From Lewinellaceae bacterium (lineage in GTDB: Bacteria; Bacteroidota; Bacteroidia; Chitinophagales; Saprospiraceae), in the NCBI GenBank assembly GCA_020636355.1, contig JACJYB010000011.1, forward strand, positions 21,356-85,355: a stretch of 64,000 bases of DNA, in the 5' to 3' direction. Within the stretch, counting starts at the first letter, position 1. Every line of letters starts with the position of its first letter. The position numbers and the translations under genes are program-made. This document shows, one piece after another, positions 7,839 to 17,982 of this stretch. Below the pieces are notes generated by a model. The model made no database searches and was not told the DNA's origin. It was given only the letters and a program-made list of their open reading frames with translations.

Positions 7839-10562
7839 TCAGACTGGCACGGTCTGCCGATATTTCCCTTTTGATTTTCGAATACGGACGGACACGACCT
7901 TGTATTCGGGGCATTTGGCTTCGGAATCGTGTACGTCGGATGTGATGTTGTTCACCATTATTTCAGGAAAATGAAAGGTCGTACTCAGTACGCCCGGGTT
8001 GACCTCATGGGTCAATTTCGCTTTAATATCAACCTTGCCGCGGGGTGATTCCACACAGACCATATCTCCGGTGTCAATTCCATGGATTACGGCATCTTCC
8101 GGATGAATCAACAGAAAATCTTCCGTTAATATTTCCACATTTTTGGTCCGGCGAGTCATCGCACCACAGTTGTAATGTTCCAGCTCCCGGTTCGTTGTCA
8201 AGATGTAAGGGTAATCCTTCTCAAATTCGGACCTTTCCCGCGATTCCTCAAATCCGTGAAACTCAAATCGCCCTTTGCCTCGTTTGAAGGATTCCACATG
8301 GATTATTTTGGAGTCGACACCATCCGGGGAAACGGGCCACTGTTTGCCATTGGTACCTAACTCTTCCCAGCGTATGCCGGCAAAAAACGGAACGATACCA
8401 GCAATTTCTTCCAAAACCGCCGGCGCCGAATAGTCTGGTTGAGGATACCCCATACGCTGCATGACTTCTGCGATAATCTGGCCGTCCGGCTTGGTTCCCG
8501 GCAATGGATCTATTACCTGATTTACCCGCTGAACACGGCGTTCTCCATTGGTAAAAGTTCCACTCTTTTCCAAAAAGGACGATGCCGGCAAGACCACATC
8601 GGCATATTTTGCGGTTTCTGTCATAAATAATTCCTGAACGACGACCAGATCAATGGATTCAAGCGCCCGGATCACCTTTTGTGTGTTTGGGTCCGTCTGC
8701 ACCACATCCTCGCCGATGATCCAAATCGCCTTTAGCTTGCCTTGCAAAGCGGCGTCAAACATCTCCGGTATTTTGTAGCCCACGTGCCGGGGCAATTCTA
8801 CACCATAATACGATTCATAACGATTGCGTACATCCTCCCGGGTAATATCGAGGTATCCTGCGCCCTGGTGTGGTTGAACCCCCATGTCTGCAGAACCCTG
8901 CACATTATTCTGGCCCCGTAACGGATTTACCCCTACGCCCGGGCGTCCAATATTTCCGGTCAGCATCGCCAGCTCGGCAATTTGCATAACGGTAAAAGTT
9001 CCCTGGGAATGCTCCGTGACACCCAACCCATGAAAAGACATGGCATTTGGCGCGGAAGCATAGGCAATCGCCGCTTCACGAACCAAAGCCCGGGGCACGC
9101 CGGACACGGCTTCCATGGCATCCATATCAAGGTTCAGCAGGGCGTCCGCAAAGGACTGAAAGCCCTCGGTGCGCTGATCAATAAATTGCTGATCCACCAG
9201 GCCCTCCTGGACGATGAAATACATCATCATATTTAGCACGGCAACATTGGTTCCCGGTCGCAATTGAAGATGGTAGTGCGCATATTTCGCCAATTCGGTT
9301 TCACGGGGGTCAATCACAATGGTTGTGACGCCCTGCATGGTTTTTTGCTTCATACGGGCTCCGGTAACCGGATGTGCATCCGTCGGGTTTGCCCCAATGA
9401 CCAGAATGCAATTGGTATGATTAAGGTCCTCCACCGAGTTGGTTGCGGCGCCTGTGCCAAATGTGCGCTGCATGCCTAATGCTGTCGGCGAATGGCAAAC
9501 CCTGGCACAACCGTCGATGTTGTTGGTACCTACCACTGCACGGATAAATTTCTGCATCAGGTAATTTTCCTCGTTGGTACATCTGGAAGACGATATCCCG
9601 GCGATGGCATCTGCACCATAATCTGAAAGATATGCCTGCAGGCGTTCTGTGATAAAATGATAAGCTTCCTCCCAAGTCACTTCCTCGAACTGGCCGTTTC
9701 TTTTGATCAACGGATGCCGCAGGCGTTCCGGATGATTGTAAAACTGGAAAGCATACCGGCCTTTCAAGCAGGTATGCCCGTGATTGACCTCTGCATCGTA
9801 AGGCGCCCGAATGGAAAGGATCTCATGGTCACCCCGGGTCGCGACCTCCAGGTTACAGCCAACACCGCAATAAGTACATACTGTCCTGGTTTTGGAGGTT
9901 GCCAGGATCGCCTTTGATTGGAATACATCGCTGATGGCCGATGTTGGGCAGGCTTGGGCACAGGCGCCACAGCTGACACAATCTGATTCCAAAAATTGTT
10001 TATCCGCTCCTTTTACAATATGGGCGTCAAAACCACGTCCTGCCATGGTCAGGACAAATTGTCCCTGAACTTCATCGCAAGCCCGGACACAGCGGTAACA
10101 ATTAATGCATTTCGATAGATCGGATACCATGTATGGATGGCTGAGATCTTTGGGACGGTCCGTATGTTGTGCTCCTGCCGGATAGCGCACTTCACGGATT
10201 CCTACCTGAGCCGCCACATGCTGCAATTCGCAGTTTCCATTTACTTCACAAGTCAGACAATCCAGCGGATGATCGGTAAGAACCAGTTCCAGGATATTTT
10301 TCCGTAGTCGTTGTACTTTTTGTGAACTGGGGAACAAGTGCATTCCGGGAGCCAGCGGAGTATGGCAGGAAGCGACCACTTTACGTGGTCCCGAGGCATT
10401 TGTAGCAACTTCTATGCTGCAGACCCGGCAGGAACCGAAAGGATCCAGATTCGGAGCATCACAAAGAGTTGGCACCAATTGTGAACCGAGATGGCGTCTG
10501 ATAAACTGCAACATGGTCTCCCCTTTCTCATAAGCATAGGGTTTTCCATCAATGTATGCCAT
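7839..10562 (-). CDS. Formate dehydrogenase catalytic (alpha) subunit, molybdopterin type with a NuoG-like N-terminus
   Basis: It has a 2Fe-2S site (CRVCSIEV), HPLDCLTCEVNGNCELQ, two ferredoxin 4Fe-4S motifs (CINCYRCVRAC, CVSCGACAQACP) and the MopB cluster CTYCGVGC. The active-site stretch NNIDGCARVCHSPT aligns with the E. coli FdhF CARVUHGPS, with Cys in place of Sec. I chose the start at MAYIDGKPY (ATG 10562). The ORF-track extension to 10784 overlaps the upstream gene. Confidence 0.85.
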   Translation of the reverse strand: MAYIDGKPYAYEKGETMLQFIRRHLGSQLVPTLCDAPNLDPFGSCRVCSIEVATNASGPRKVVASCHTPLAPGMHLFPSSQKVQRLRKNILELVLTDHPLDCLTCEVNGNCELQHVAAQVGIREVRYPAGAQHTDRPKDLSHPYMVSDLSKCINCYRCVRACDEVQGQFVLTMAGRGFDAHIVKGADKQFLESDCVSCGACAQACPTSAISDVFQSKAILATSKTRTVCTYCGVGCNLEVATRGDHEILSIRAPYDAEVNHGHTCLKGRYAFQFYNHPERLRHPLIKRNGQFEEVTWEEAYHFITERLQAYLSDYGADAIAGISSSRCTNEENYLMQKFIRAVVGTNNIDGCARVCHSPTALGMQRTFGTGAATNSVEDLNHTNCILVIGANPTDAHPVTGARMKQKTMQGVTTIVIDPRETELAKYAHYHLQLRPGTNVAVLNMMMYFIVQEGLVDQQFIDQRTEGFQSFADALLNLDMDAMEAVSGVPRALVREAAIAYASAPNAMSFHGLGVTEHSQGTFTVMQIAELAMLTGNIGRPGVGVNPLRGQNNVQGSADMGVQPHQGAGYLDITREDVRNRYESYYGVELPRHVGYKIPEMFDAALQGKLKAIWIIGEDVVQTDPNTQKVIRALESIDLVVVQELFMTETAKYADVVLPASSFLEKSGTFTNGERRVQRVNQVIDPLPGTKPDGQIIAEVMQRMGYPQPDYSAPAVLEEIAGIVPFFAGIRWEELGTNGKQWPVSPDGVDSKIIHVESFKRGKGRFEFHGFEESRERSEFEKDYPYILTTNRELEHYNCGAMTRRTKNVEILTEDFLLIHPEDAVIHGIDTGDMVCVESPRGKVDIKAKLTHEVNPGVLSTTFHFPEIMVNNITSDVHDSEAKCPEYKVVSVRIRKSKGKYRQTVPV

Positions 10563-10602
10563 TGTTCCATTCAAAGGTTCAGGAATCGGTCGCTTATTTT
10601 CC

Positions 10603-12282
10603 TTAGGAGTGACTAACATCTGAATAATTTGTTTCGGATTTGAAAAAAGGTTCGAGCTCTTGCCTGAAATACTGGATGGCATTTCGCACAGGCAAAGGAA
10701 TTCCACCACCATGTGCACAAAGAGAACCCGACTCCAGCGTGAAAAGCAAGTCATCCAATAATACGGGATCAATTTGTTGTTCACCGGTAGCTGCCCTGGT
10801 AAAAAGCTCCTCGGCTCGTTTGGTTCCTAAGCGGCATGGAAAGCACTTACCGCAACTTTCATGCGCCGCAAACCGGAAGAGGTCTGCCAGGTAGTTAATC
10901 AAGGGCATCGTGTGCGGGATCGCCAGTATGGAAGCGTGGCCCAATAAAAATCCAGCCTGCGTGAATGATTCAAAATCAATGGTCAGCGTTCGGAATTTCT
11001 GTGCTGGCACCAGTCCTCCAAGCGGGCCCCCGATATGCAAAGCTTTGACTGGTATCCTGAATCCTCCGGCATCATTAATCACTGCCTCTAAAGGAGTACC
11101 CATTTCAACTTCATAAATGCCAGGCTTTTGGAAATGCCCGTCCAGACTCAACAACTTGGTCCCTGGAGATGCGGGAGTTCCAATAGATGCATAATAGCTC
11201 CCCCCTTGGAGGAGTATTGTCGGCAAAGCAGCCAACGTTTCTACATTATTAACCACGGTTGGCTTCCCGAAGAGGCCCGATTGAGCAGGATATGGTGGAC
11301 GGACACGTACCTCCGGTCGTTGTCCTTCAATCGAATTAATCAATGCCGTTTCTTCCCCGCAGATGTATGCACCTCTGGCGTGGATTGTTTTGAACCGGAA
11401 CCCAAATCCGCTTTCCAACATCTTATCCCCGGCCAGTCCGCTATGATAGAAGTCTTTTATGGCCTGATCGACGCGCCGGATGGCCTCCGGGTATTCCGCC
11501 CGGATGTAGAGTACACCCCACTCCGCTCCGGTCACGTATCCTGCAATCAGCATGCCCAACAACAGCCGGTGCGGTTGATGCTCAAGTAAATACCGATCCG
11601 AATAGGCCCCGGGGTCCCCTTCATCTGCATTACAAATAATAAATTTTGGATCGCCTTCCGCTTGCCGACAAAAGGCTAATTTCTGTCCAATTGGAAATCC
11701 TGCCCCACCGCGACCACGTAATCCTGAACGCTGGATGTCTGCAAGAAGATTTTCCGGATTGCTTTGAAGTACCTGCTGTATAGCTGTAGTGCATGCTTCC
11801 AAAGGAAAATCAGTCTGAGTAAGTATGGCTTGACCAATGGAAGTCACCCGATAATGGTCCGCAACTTCAGATCCGCCACGCACAATCGATTCGATGTTTT
11901 CGATCGCATCACCCGAATAATTGGCCCCGGCATAGTGGAAAGCACTATTCTCGTGACATCGTCCCAGACAGCACATTTCTCCAATGGAATCCGGTGGAAA
12001 AACCCGGCTTAATTGTTCACGTACATCGAATTGAGTGCCCGCATTCAGACAGGCAGATCCATTGCAAATGTATACTTGCTTTCCTTTATTCTCCGGCCTT
12101 AGAAAATCATAAAATGTAGCGGCTCCGTAGGTATTGGCCGTACCAATTAAAAAGGATTGAGCGAGTTGCTCAAGTTGTTCGGGATCCGGTGTGCCATCAG
12201 TCTCTCCAAGCTTTCCCAACTGCTCAAACAATCCCTGCTCTAGACCTTTTCTCCCCGACAGCGCACTCAAATTCTTTGACAT
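10603..12282 (-). CDS. Formate dehydrogenase diaphorase (beta) subunit, a fused NuoE-like plus NuoF-like protein
   Basis: 559 aa. It has NuoE-type 2Fe-2S cysteines (CNGSAC...CCLGRC), the NuoF FMN/NADH site GLRGRGGAGFPIGQK, and the 4Fe-4S motif SCGKCFPCRLG. It lies directly upstream of the alpha subunit. Confidence 0.8.
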   Translation of the reverse strand: MSKNLSALSGRKGLEQGLFEQLGKLGETDGTPDPEQLEQLAQSFLIGTANTYGAATFYDFLRPENKGKQVYICNGSACLNAGTQFDVREQLSRVFPPDSIGEMCCLGRCHENSAFHYAGANYSGDAIENIESIVRGGSEVADHYRVTSIGQAILTQTDFPLEACTTAIQQVLQSNPENLLADIQRSGLRGRGGAGFPIGQKLAFCRQAEGDPKFIICNADEGDPGAYSDRYLLEHQPHRLLLGMLIAGYVTGAEWGVLYIRAEYPEAIRRVDQAIKDFYHSGLAGDKMLESGFGFRFKTIHARGAYICGEETALINSIEGQRPEVRVRPPYPAQSGLFGKPTVVNNVETLAALPTILLQGGSYYASIGTPASPGTKLLSLDGHFQKPGIYEVEMGTPLEAVINDAGGFRIPVKALHIGGPLGGLVPAQKFRTLTIDFESFTQAGFLLGHASILAIPHTMPLINYLADLFRFAAHESCGKCFPCRLGTKRAEELFTRAATGEQQIDPVLLDDLLFTLESGSLCAHGGGIPLPVRNAIQYFRQELEPFFKSETNYSDVSHS

Positions 12283-12477
12283 AACTTTTGCTCTTTATCC
12301 CCTTGAAATGCTATGAAGATAGTTAATTTATTGTTCGAAGTCCAGCCCCTCTCCGGAGACACCTGGAATTGCCATCGTGTCTTAATTTACAGCAAAAAAT
12401 ATTCCACGCACCAGCTGATCCCCTGAAAAAGAATCAAAAAATAGGGATAGATTCCGAGATGTATTACCTTTACAATT

Positions 12478-12565
12478 GAGACTCAAGTGGGGTGCCGTAC
12501 ATTAAACCGGCTGAGATCAAACCCAATGAACCTGCCCAGGTAATGCTGGGAAGGGAAAAGCCAGG
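12478..12565 (+). promoter_or_regulatory. TPP (THI-box) riboswitch aptamer
   Basis: The sequence contains the conserved blocks in the correct order: GGGGTGC ... GGCTGAGA ... ACCC ... GAACCTG ... GGTAATGCTGG ... AGGGAA. It lies in the 5' leader of a TonB-dependent receptor gene. A near-consensus -7 box (TAccTTTA, 12465-12472) sits just upstream. Confidence 0.85.
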
Positions 12566-12610
12566 AGCTACCCCAGCTTACTGGATTAGTTGGCTCAAAA
12601 TTTTTTAACC

Positions 12611-15052
12611 GTGAAAATCCGCGTCCTGGTGGCTTGGCTACTATTTACAGCAGCTTATGGCCATACCCAAATTGTATCCGGTATTATTTTAGATAATACC
12701 GGCCTTCCGATCACTCAAGTTTACGTTGAAAATCTTACCGATGAGGAGCAGACCCTTTCTGCAGCAGATGGAACCTTTCATTTGCCCGTCAGTCATTTTC
12801 CGACTGATATCCGGTTTCAACATCTGAGTTTTGAAGATAAAATCCTTCAGCTGGACTCCCTTCCTGACGGTCTGCTAAAAATCACCCTGCAAGCTACCTC
12901 CATTACCCTGGAAACGGTAGAGGTTATTCACCATTGGGCTTCAGGTAAAACACCGATGACATACACCAATTATCCAGCAGAAGAGATCCAAAAGCAAAAT
13001 ACGGGTCAAGATATGCCTTACCTGTTGCGCTATACCCCATCACTCTGGGTCAATTCAGATGCAGGTAATGGTATCGGCTACACCAGCATGCGAATTCGAG
13101 GCTCCGATCCTACCCGGATCAATGTCACGATAAATGGTGTACCGCTCAATGATCCTGAATCCCAATACGTTTTTTGGGTCGATTTGCCGGATTTTGCCTC
13201 GAGTACGAAACAAATGCAGATCCAACGCGGCGTGGGCACATCAACCAATGGGGCGGGAGCTTTTGGTGCATCCATAAACCTCAACACACAGTCATATACC
13301 CAAACTCCGCAAGCTTCAATCACCGGTTCCATCGGCTCGTTTAACACCCGGCGGGCCTCGGCAGAGGTGAGTACCGGGCTGATTAATCATCATTTTCAAA
13401 TGGATGGCCGCCTTTCCACCATCCATTCCGATGGCTACATAGACCGGGCGCGCGCTGACCTCAGATCCTACTACCTGAGCGCTGCTTACCTAAACCACAA
13501 TACATCCCTTCGATTGCTCCACTTTTCCGGCAAGGAGAATACGTATCAAGCCTGGGATGGCGTTCCGGCCACCTATGCAGACGACCCGGAGTTACGCCGT
13601 TACAATTCAGCTGGAACGGAGCGTCCCGGCTCCCCACATCCTAATGAAATAGATGACTATCAACAAAGTCATTACCAAGCGATCTGGAACCAGCGGCTTT
13701 CAGATTTCATGGATCTCAATGTTACACTGCACTACACCAAAGGGGCTGGCTACTTCGAGCAATACAAAGCCGATCAACTGCTCGCCGACTATGGTATATC
13801 AGACCCTACCGGCCAGCAGTTAACGTCCAACCTGATTCGGCGCAGGTGGCTGGATAACGATTTTTACGGTGTCCTCGCCTCCTGGGTCCTTCACCATGGT
13901 AATGGCATGACCTGGACAATAGGTGCTGCAGGAAACAATTATCAGGGAAATCATTATGGTGAAGTTATCTGGGCCAGCTTCATGGGAAATGCTGAACAAG
14001 GATTGAAGTATTATGATAACGATGCCACCAAGCGGGACCTGAGTGCTTATAGTAAATGGGAAATACCGTTTACAAAGCATCTGCAAAGCTATCTGGACCT
14101 GCAGTTCAGGCAAGTCTATTATGATTTTCTCGGGATCGGATCTGATGGTCAGCCTTTGATGCAATCGGTATTGCTGCCATTTTTCAATCCAAAAGCAGGA
14201 TTGACCTGGACACCCCGATTGGGGCAGCGGTTCTACCTGTCATTTGCTGTTGGGCACAAAGAACCAAACCGGGATGATTACACAGAAAGCCGTAGCGATC
14301 AACATCCATTGCCGGAAACGCTCTATAACACTGAATTGGGATGGGAATGGACTGGATCCAAAGGGATGATTGGCGCAAATGTTTATCACATGTATTATGT
14401 GAACCAGCTGGTCTTGAACGGCCAAATCAACGATGTAGGCGCTTACACCCGGGTCAATATCCCTAAAAGCTTCCGGGCGGGGATAGAAATTCAAAGTCAG
14501 TGGAATCCCTGGGAAAAGTTGGCGTTGATCACCAATCTGACCTGGAGCCAGAATCGGGTAAAACAGTTTACCGACTATGTGGATGACTGGGACCAAGGGG
14601 GACAAATACCGGTCGTATATCAGAATACCACGCTTTCGTTCTCACCACAATGGGTTAATAATCAGCAAATACGTTATTACTTCCAAGGGAACGCAAATTC
14701 AAATCGCAGCACCCTGATTCAATGGGGATGGAACCACATCAGCCGGCAATACCTGGATAATACCCAGCAAAAAGCAGCTTCAATTCCCGGGTATTGGGTT
14801 AACGATCTGGCCTTATTAGGGACCATTCCAGTAAAAGATGGACCGCAAATCAGCTGGAATATCCAGGTACAAAATTTATGGAACACCTTCTATGCGACCA
14901 ATGGGTGGGTTTATCGATTTAGCTCTTCGGCCTACGATCCCCGACCGGATGATCCCTATGCTCAATTGGAATCCGGCAACCGGTATCATCTGGCCGGCCT
15001 TTACCCCCAGGCTACCAGGCAGCTATTGGCCACCCTGACCTTGTCCTGGTAA
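12611..15052 (+). CDS. TonB-dependent outer-membrane receptor with an N-terminal carboxypeptidase-regulatory-like domain; a candidate thiamine/precursor transporter
   Basis: About 813 aa. The GTG at 12611 gives a good signal peptide (MKIRVLVAWLLFTAAYG). The alternative start is TTG 12590. It has plug-domain motifs (RIRGS, INGVPLND) and a C-terminal beta-barrel ending ...LATLTLSW. It is preceded by the TPP riboswitch. Confidence 0.85.
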   Translation: MKIRVLVAWLLFTAAYGHTQIVSGIILDNTGLPITQVYVENLTDEEQTLSAADGTFHLPVSHFPTDIRFQHLSFEDKILQLDSLPDGLLKITLQATSITLETVEVIHHWASGKTPMTYTNYPAEEIQKQNTGQDMPYLLRYTPSLWVNSDAGNGIGYTSMRIRGSDPTRINVTINGVPLNDPESQYVFWVDLPDFASSTKQMQIQRGVGTSTNGAGAFGASINLNTQSYTQTPQASITGSIGSFNTRRASAEVSTGLINHHFQMDGRLSTIHSDGYIDRARADLRSYYLSAAYLNHNTSLRLLHFSGKENTYQAWDGVPATYADDPELRRYNSAGTERPGSPHPNEIDDYQQSHYQAIWNQRLSDFMDLNVTLHYTKGAGYFEQYKADQLLADYGISDPTGQQLTSNLIRRRWLDNDFYGVLASWVLHHGNGMTWTIGAAGNNYQGNHYGEVIWASFMGNAEQGLKYYDNDATKRDLSAYSKWEIPFTKHLQSYLDLQFRQVYYDFLGIGSDGQPLMQSVLLPFFNPKAGLTWTPRLGQRFYLSFAVGHKEPNRDDYTESRSDQHPLPETLYNTELGWEWTGSKGMIGANVYHMYYVNQLVLNGQINDVGAYTRVNIPKSFRAGIEIQSQWNPWEKLALITNLTWSQNRVKQFTDYVDDWDQGGQIPVVYQNTTLSFSPQWVNNQQIRYYFQGNANSNRSTLIQWGWNHISRQYLDNTQQKAASIPGYWVNDLALLGTIPVKDGPQISWNIQVQNLWNTFYATNGWVYRFSSSAYDPRPDDPYAQLESGNRYHLAGLYPQATRQLLATLTLSW

Positions 15053-15058
15053 CGGAGA

Positions 15059-15652
15059 CTAAAAATTGTAATTAAAACCAAAGCGGTATTCCCAGGGAAT
15101 GATGGGGCTATTGGGGTCCGCCAGGGTGTTGTAAACAATGGATATTTCGGTGCCAAACTGGCCCGAACCTCCCGTACTGTAACCGGCTCCGACATACAGC
15201 CGGGGTTCGGATGCACGTTCCGTAATAATTTTGTTGGAAAGCGGGTCAACACTAACCGGGTTTTCCAGGCTGTAATAATCGCCTTCAACATGGGCAAACA
15301 ATCCACGGAAGATCTTGAACCTGGAAAACAGACCACCTCCCACGGATATTGTATTGTACCGGATCACGGGCGAACCGAAAAATTCCTGATAGCGACCACT
15401 GTTGTAAAAAAAGTCAACCCGTGGGCCGACAGAAAGGCTTTCAAAGATCTTGTATCCGGCCAGCGGTGCCAATCCAATACCAAAATTGGAATTACTCAAT
15501 GATAAGGACAGACCTCCTCCATACCAAAGGTTGTCCGTCCACTCAGTCTTTTTAACAGGGGCGCGACGGCTGGAGGAACTTCGGCTTTGTGCTTGACTAC
15601 TTGCAACAATTAGCAAGGAAAAGAACAGACACAGGTAATAATTGGTTTTCAT
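15059..15652 (-). CDS. Small outer-membrane beta-barrel (porin-family) protein
   Basis: 197 aa with a signal peptide (MKTNYYLCLFFSLLIVASSQA). It has alternating Gly/aromatic beta-strand patterning and a C-terminal Phe (...FGFNYNF). Confidence 0.5.
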   Translation of the reverse strand: MKTNYYLCLFFSLLIVASSQAQSRSSSSRRAPVKKTEWTDNLWYGGGLSLSLSNSNFGIGLAPLAGYKIFESLSVGPRVDFFYNSGRYQEFFGSPVIRYNTISVGGGLFSRFKIFRGLFAHVEGDYYSLENPVSVDPLSNKIITERASEPRLYVGAGYSTGGSGQFGTEISIVYNTLADPNSPIIPWEYRFGFNYNF

Positions 15653-15731
15653 ATCTCCTTTTGGTGATTAACGCTTATTGTTCTAAAATGTAATCTCAAT
15701 ACCGGCACCTTATCATAGAATTAACACATCG

Positions 15732-16427
15732 TCATACATGTTCTGCCATGCCCCAAACTTCCCGGATGCGCTTGACAATCAAAGCCTGCTGATCTAAAAT
15801 GGTCAGCTCGCTGTTATCGATCTCCCAGGCATCCTGCGCCTTCCGTAAAGGACTTATTTCCCGGTGCGAATCGATGTAATCTCTTTTTAGAAGGTTTTCC
15901 TGAACCTCCTCACGCGTAGTCAGAACACCTTTAAGGATTAATTCCTGATATCTTCTGTCCGTACGCACTTCCAACGACGCCGTCAGAAATATTTTAAGTT
16001 CCGCATCCGGAAAAACCACCGTACCAATATCCCTGCCTTCCATGACGATGCGCTTGTCTTTACCCATGACTCTTTGAAGGGCTACAACTTTCTCACGGAC
16101 ATCTCCAAATACACTGATTTCACTAACCTCCTGATTGACCGCCGCCGATCGAATGACCGTTTCAACATCCACACCATTCAGCAAGGTGTGATTCAATTGG
16201 TTGTGATTCTGAAAGGTAATAGAGATCCGATCCAATGCATCTTCCCGCTTAGCTTGGTGACGCCACTCCACGTGGTTTTCCAGGAAATACCAGGTGACTG
16301 CACGATACATGGCTCCGGTGTCTATGTGCCGGTAATTTAAAGCCCGTGCAAGGGATTTCGCTAAAGAGGATTTACCGCAGGATGCAAATCCATCGATGGC
16401 AACAATGATGTCTTGAGCCGGTGTCAT
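15732..16427 (-). CDS. cmk: Cytidylate kinase
   Basis: 231 aa with IIVAIDGFASCGKSSLAK (P-loop) and IDTGAMYRA, both Cmk hallmarks. Confidence 0.9.
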   Translation of the reverse strand: MTPAQDIIVAIDGFASCGKSSLAKSLARALNYRHIDTGAMYRAVTWYFLENHVEWRHQAKREDALDRISITFQNHNQLNHTLLNGVDVETVIRSAAVNQEVSEISVFGDVREKVVALQRVMGKDKRIVMEGRDIGTVVFPDAELKIFLTASLEVRTDRRYQELILKGVLTTREEVQENLLKRDYIDSHREISPLRKAQDAWEIDNSELTILDQQALIVKRIREVWGMAEHV

Positions 16428-16528
16428 GGGTTAAAAATACAACCTTAGAGGCAGGCAGCCAGATACAAGGGACTTGTTTTTATCCCGATGTTCTAAATAC
16501 ACGTCAAACTTCCGTCGGGACAGCAGAA

Positions 16529-16750
16529 CTAGTATTCGTCTTCATTAAAAAGGAAATCGTCTTTGCGCGGATAGTCTGGCCAAATATCTTCGATGCTCTC
16601 GTAGATCTCACCTTCGTCCTCCATCTCCTGCAAATTCTCAATAACCTCAAGAGGTGCTCCGGAGCGAATTGCATAATCAATCAACTCATCTCTGGTAGCA
16701 GGCCAGGGAGCCTCCTCCAAATGGTAAGCCAATTCAAGCGTCCAATACAT
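16529..16750 (-). CDS. DUF2795-like small acidic protein
   Basis: 73 aa. The sequence ...YPATRDELIDYAIRSGAPLEVIENLQEM... matches my recollection of the DUF2795 pattern. Confidence 0.55.
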   Translation of the reverse strand: MYWTLELAYHLEEAPWPATRDELIDYAIRSGAPLEVIENLQEMEDEGEIYESIEDIWPDYPRKDDFLFNEDEY

Positions 16751-16917
16751 ATAGTCAACGAGATTAAAGGTTAATCAAAAAATTTCATGAGGTTAACTAC
16801 GGATCTGGTGAAATAGTTTCCCCCATTCATTTTGGCGCAAATGTATTAAAGAAATTGACTGAAACAACATCCCAGCCCTAAAAAAATAGGAATCTTTACC
16901 TTTCCTGGACTCCCGGA

Positions 16918-17982
16918 TCAAAGGATCAGCATGGCATCACCATAAGAGTAGAAGCGATATTTTTCCTTGATGGCCTCCTGGTAGGCGTCCATGATCAGAT
17001 CATAACCGCCAAACGCAGCAACCATGATCATCAAACTCGACTTTGGAAGATGGAAGTTTGTGATCATAGCATTGGCAATCGAAAAATCATAAGGTGGATA
17101 AATAAACAAATTAGTCCAACCCTCCGAAGGCTTTAGGTGCCCATTCGCAGAAACGGCAGATTCGATGGAGCGCATGGATGTTGTCCCTACACTGCATACC
17201 TTCTTCCCTCCCTGTTTTGCTTTATTGACAACCTGAACGGCCTTTTCATCCACCCGGTAATATTCTGCATCCATTTTATGTTTGGACAGGTCCTCCACAT
17301 CGATCGTCCTAAACGTACCAAGGCCAACATGGAGTGTGATCTCAGCGAAATTTACTCCTTTAATTTCCAACCTTTTCAGCAACTCTCTGCTGAAGTGAAG
17401 GCCAGCAGTCGGAGCGGCAACCGCCCCTTCAACTTTCGCATATACCGTTTGATAACGGTCAACATCCAGGTCCTCCGCCAGGCGCTTAATGTATTTGGGC
17501 AGCGGCGTCGTACCTAACGCTTTCAGCTCATTCTGAAAATCTTCATCGGAACCATCGTAAAAGAAGCGAATTGTCCGTCCTCTTGATGTGGTGTTATCGA
17601 CGACTTCGGCAACCAGTACTTCATTTCCATTTTTATCGTGGAAATATAGCTTATTACCTACGCGAATCTTCCGGGCAGGATCAACGAGGACATCCCATAA
17701 ACGGGCATCCTTGTTCAATTCGCGTAACAGGAATACCTCGATCTTGGCACCTGTCTTTTCTTTACGGCCAAACATCCGGGCAGGGAATACTTTGGTATTA
17801 TTGAAGATTAATGCATCATCCTCTTCAAAGTAATTGAGCAGATCCTTAAAGATCTTATGCTCAATCTTACCTGATTCCCGGTGGATGACCATTAGTCGAG
17901 ACTCATCCCGTTCTTTTGCCGGTGATTGAGCAATCAATTCAGCTGGCAGTTCAAAATTGAAATTGGATAGTTTCGACCTCAT
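16918..17982 (-). CDS. queA: S-adenosylmethionine:tRNA ribosyltransferase-isomerase
   Basis: The start at [22 protein letters not shown] matches the canonical QueA N-terminus. The ORF-track start is 13 codons upstream. The protein continues with ...[10 protein letters not shown]...GTTS.RS.ES.... Confidence 0.9.
   Translation of the reverse strand: MRSKLSNFNFELPAELIAQSPAKERDESRLMVIHRESGKIEHKIFKDLLNYFEEDDALIFNNTKVFPARMFGRKEKTGAKIEVFLLRELNKDARLWDVLVDPARKIRVGNKLYFHDKNGNEVLVAEVVDNTTSRGRTIRFFYDGSDEDFQNELKALGTTPLPKYIKRLAEDLDVDRYQTVYAKVEGAVAAPTAGLHFSRELLKRLEIKGVNFAEITLHVGLGTFRTIDVEDLSKHKMDAEYYRVDEKAVQVVNKAKQGGKKVCSVGTTSMRSIESAVSANGHLKPSEGWTNLFIYPPYDFSIANAMITNFHLPKSSLMIMVAAFGGYDLIMDAYQEAIKEKYRFYSYGDAMLIL

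Noticed and set aside
7839-10562. Possible selenocysteine (in-frame TGA) in the formate dehydrogenase.
   Set aside because: The frame is uninterrupted, and the position aligning with FdhF Sec-140 is a Cys codon (CARVCHSPT). There is therefore no recoding event and no need for a SECIS element.
10563-10784. 74-codon N-terminal extension of the formate dehydrogenase alpha ORF (ORF-track start 10784).
   Set aside because: The extension overlaps the 3' end of the upstream diaphorase gene by 182 nt, and its sequence is Cys/Phe/Ser-rich and non-homologous. MAYIDGKPY at 10562 matches the usual N-terminus of NuoG-like 2Fe-2S domains. The ATG at 10619 remains a possible alternative.
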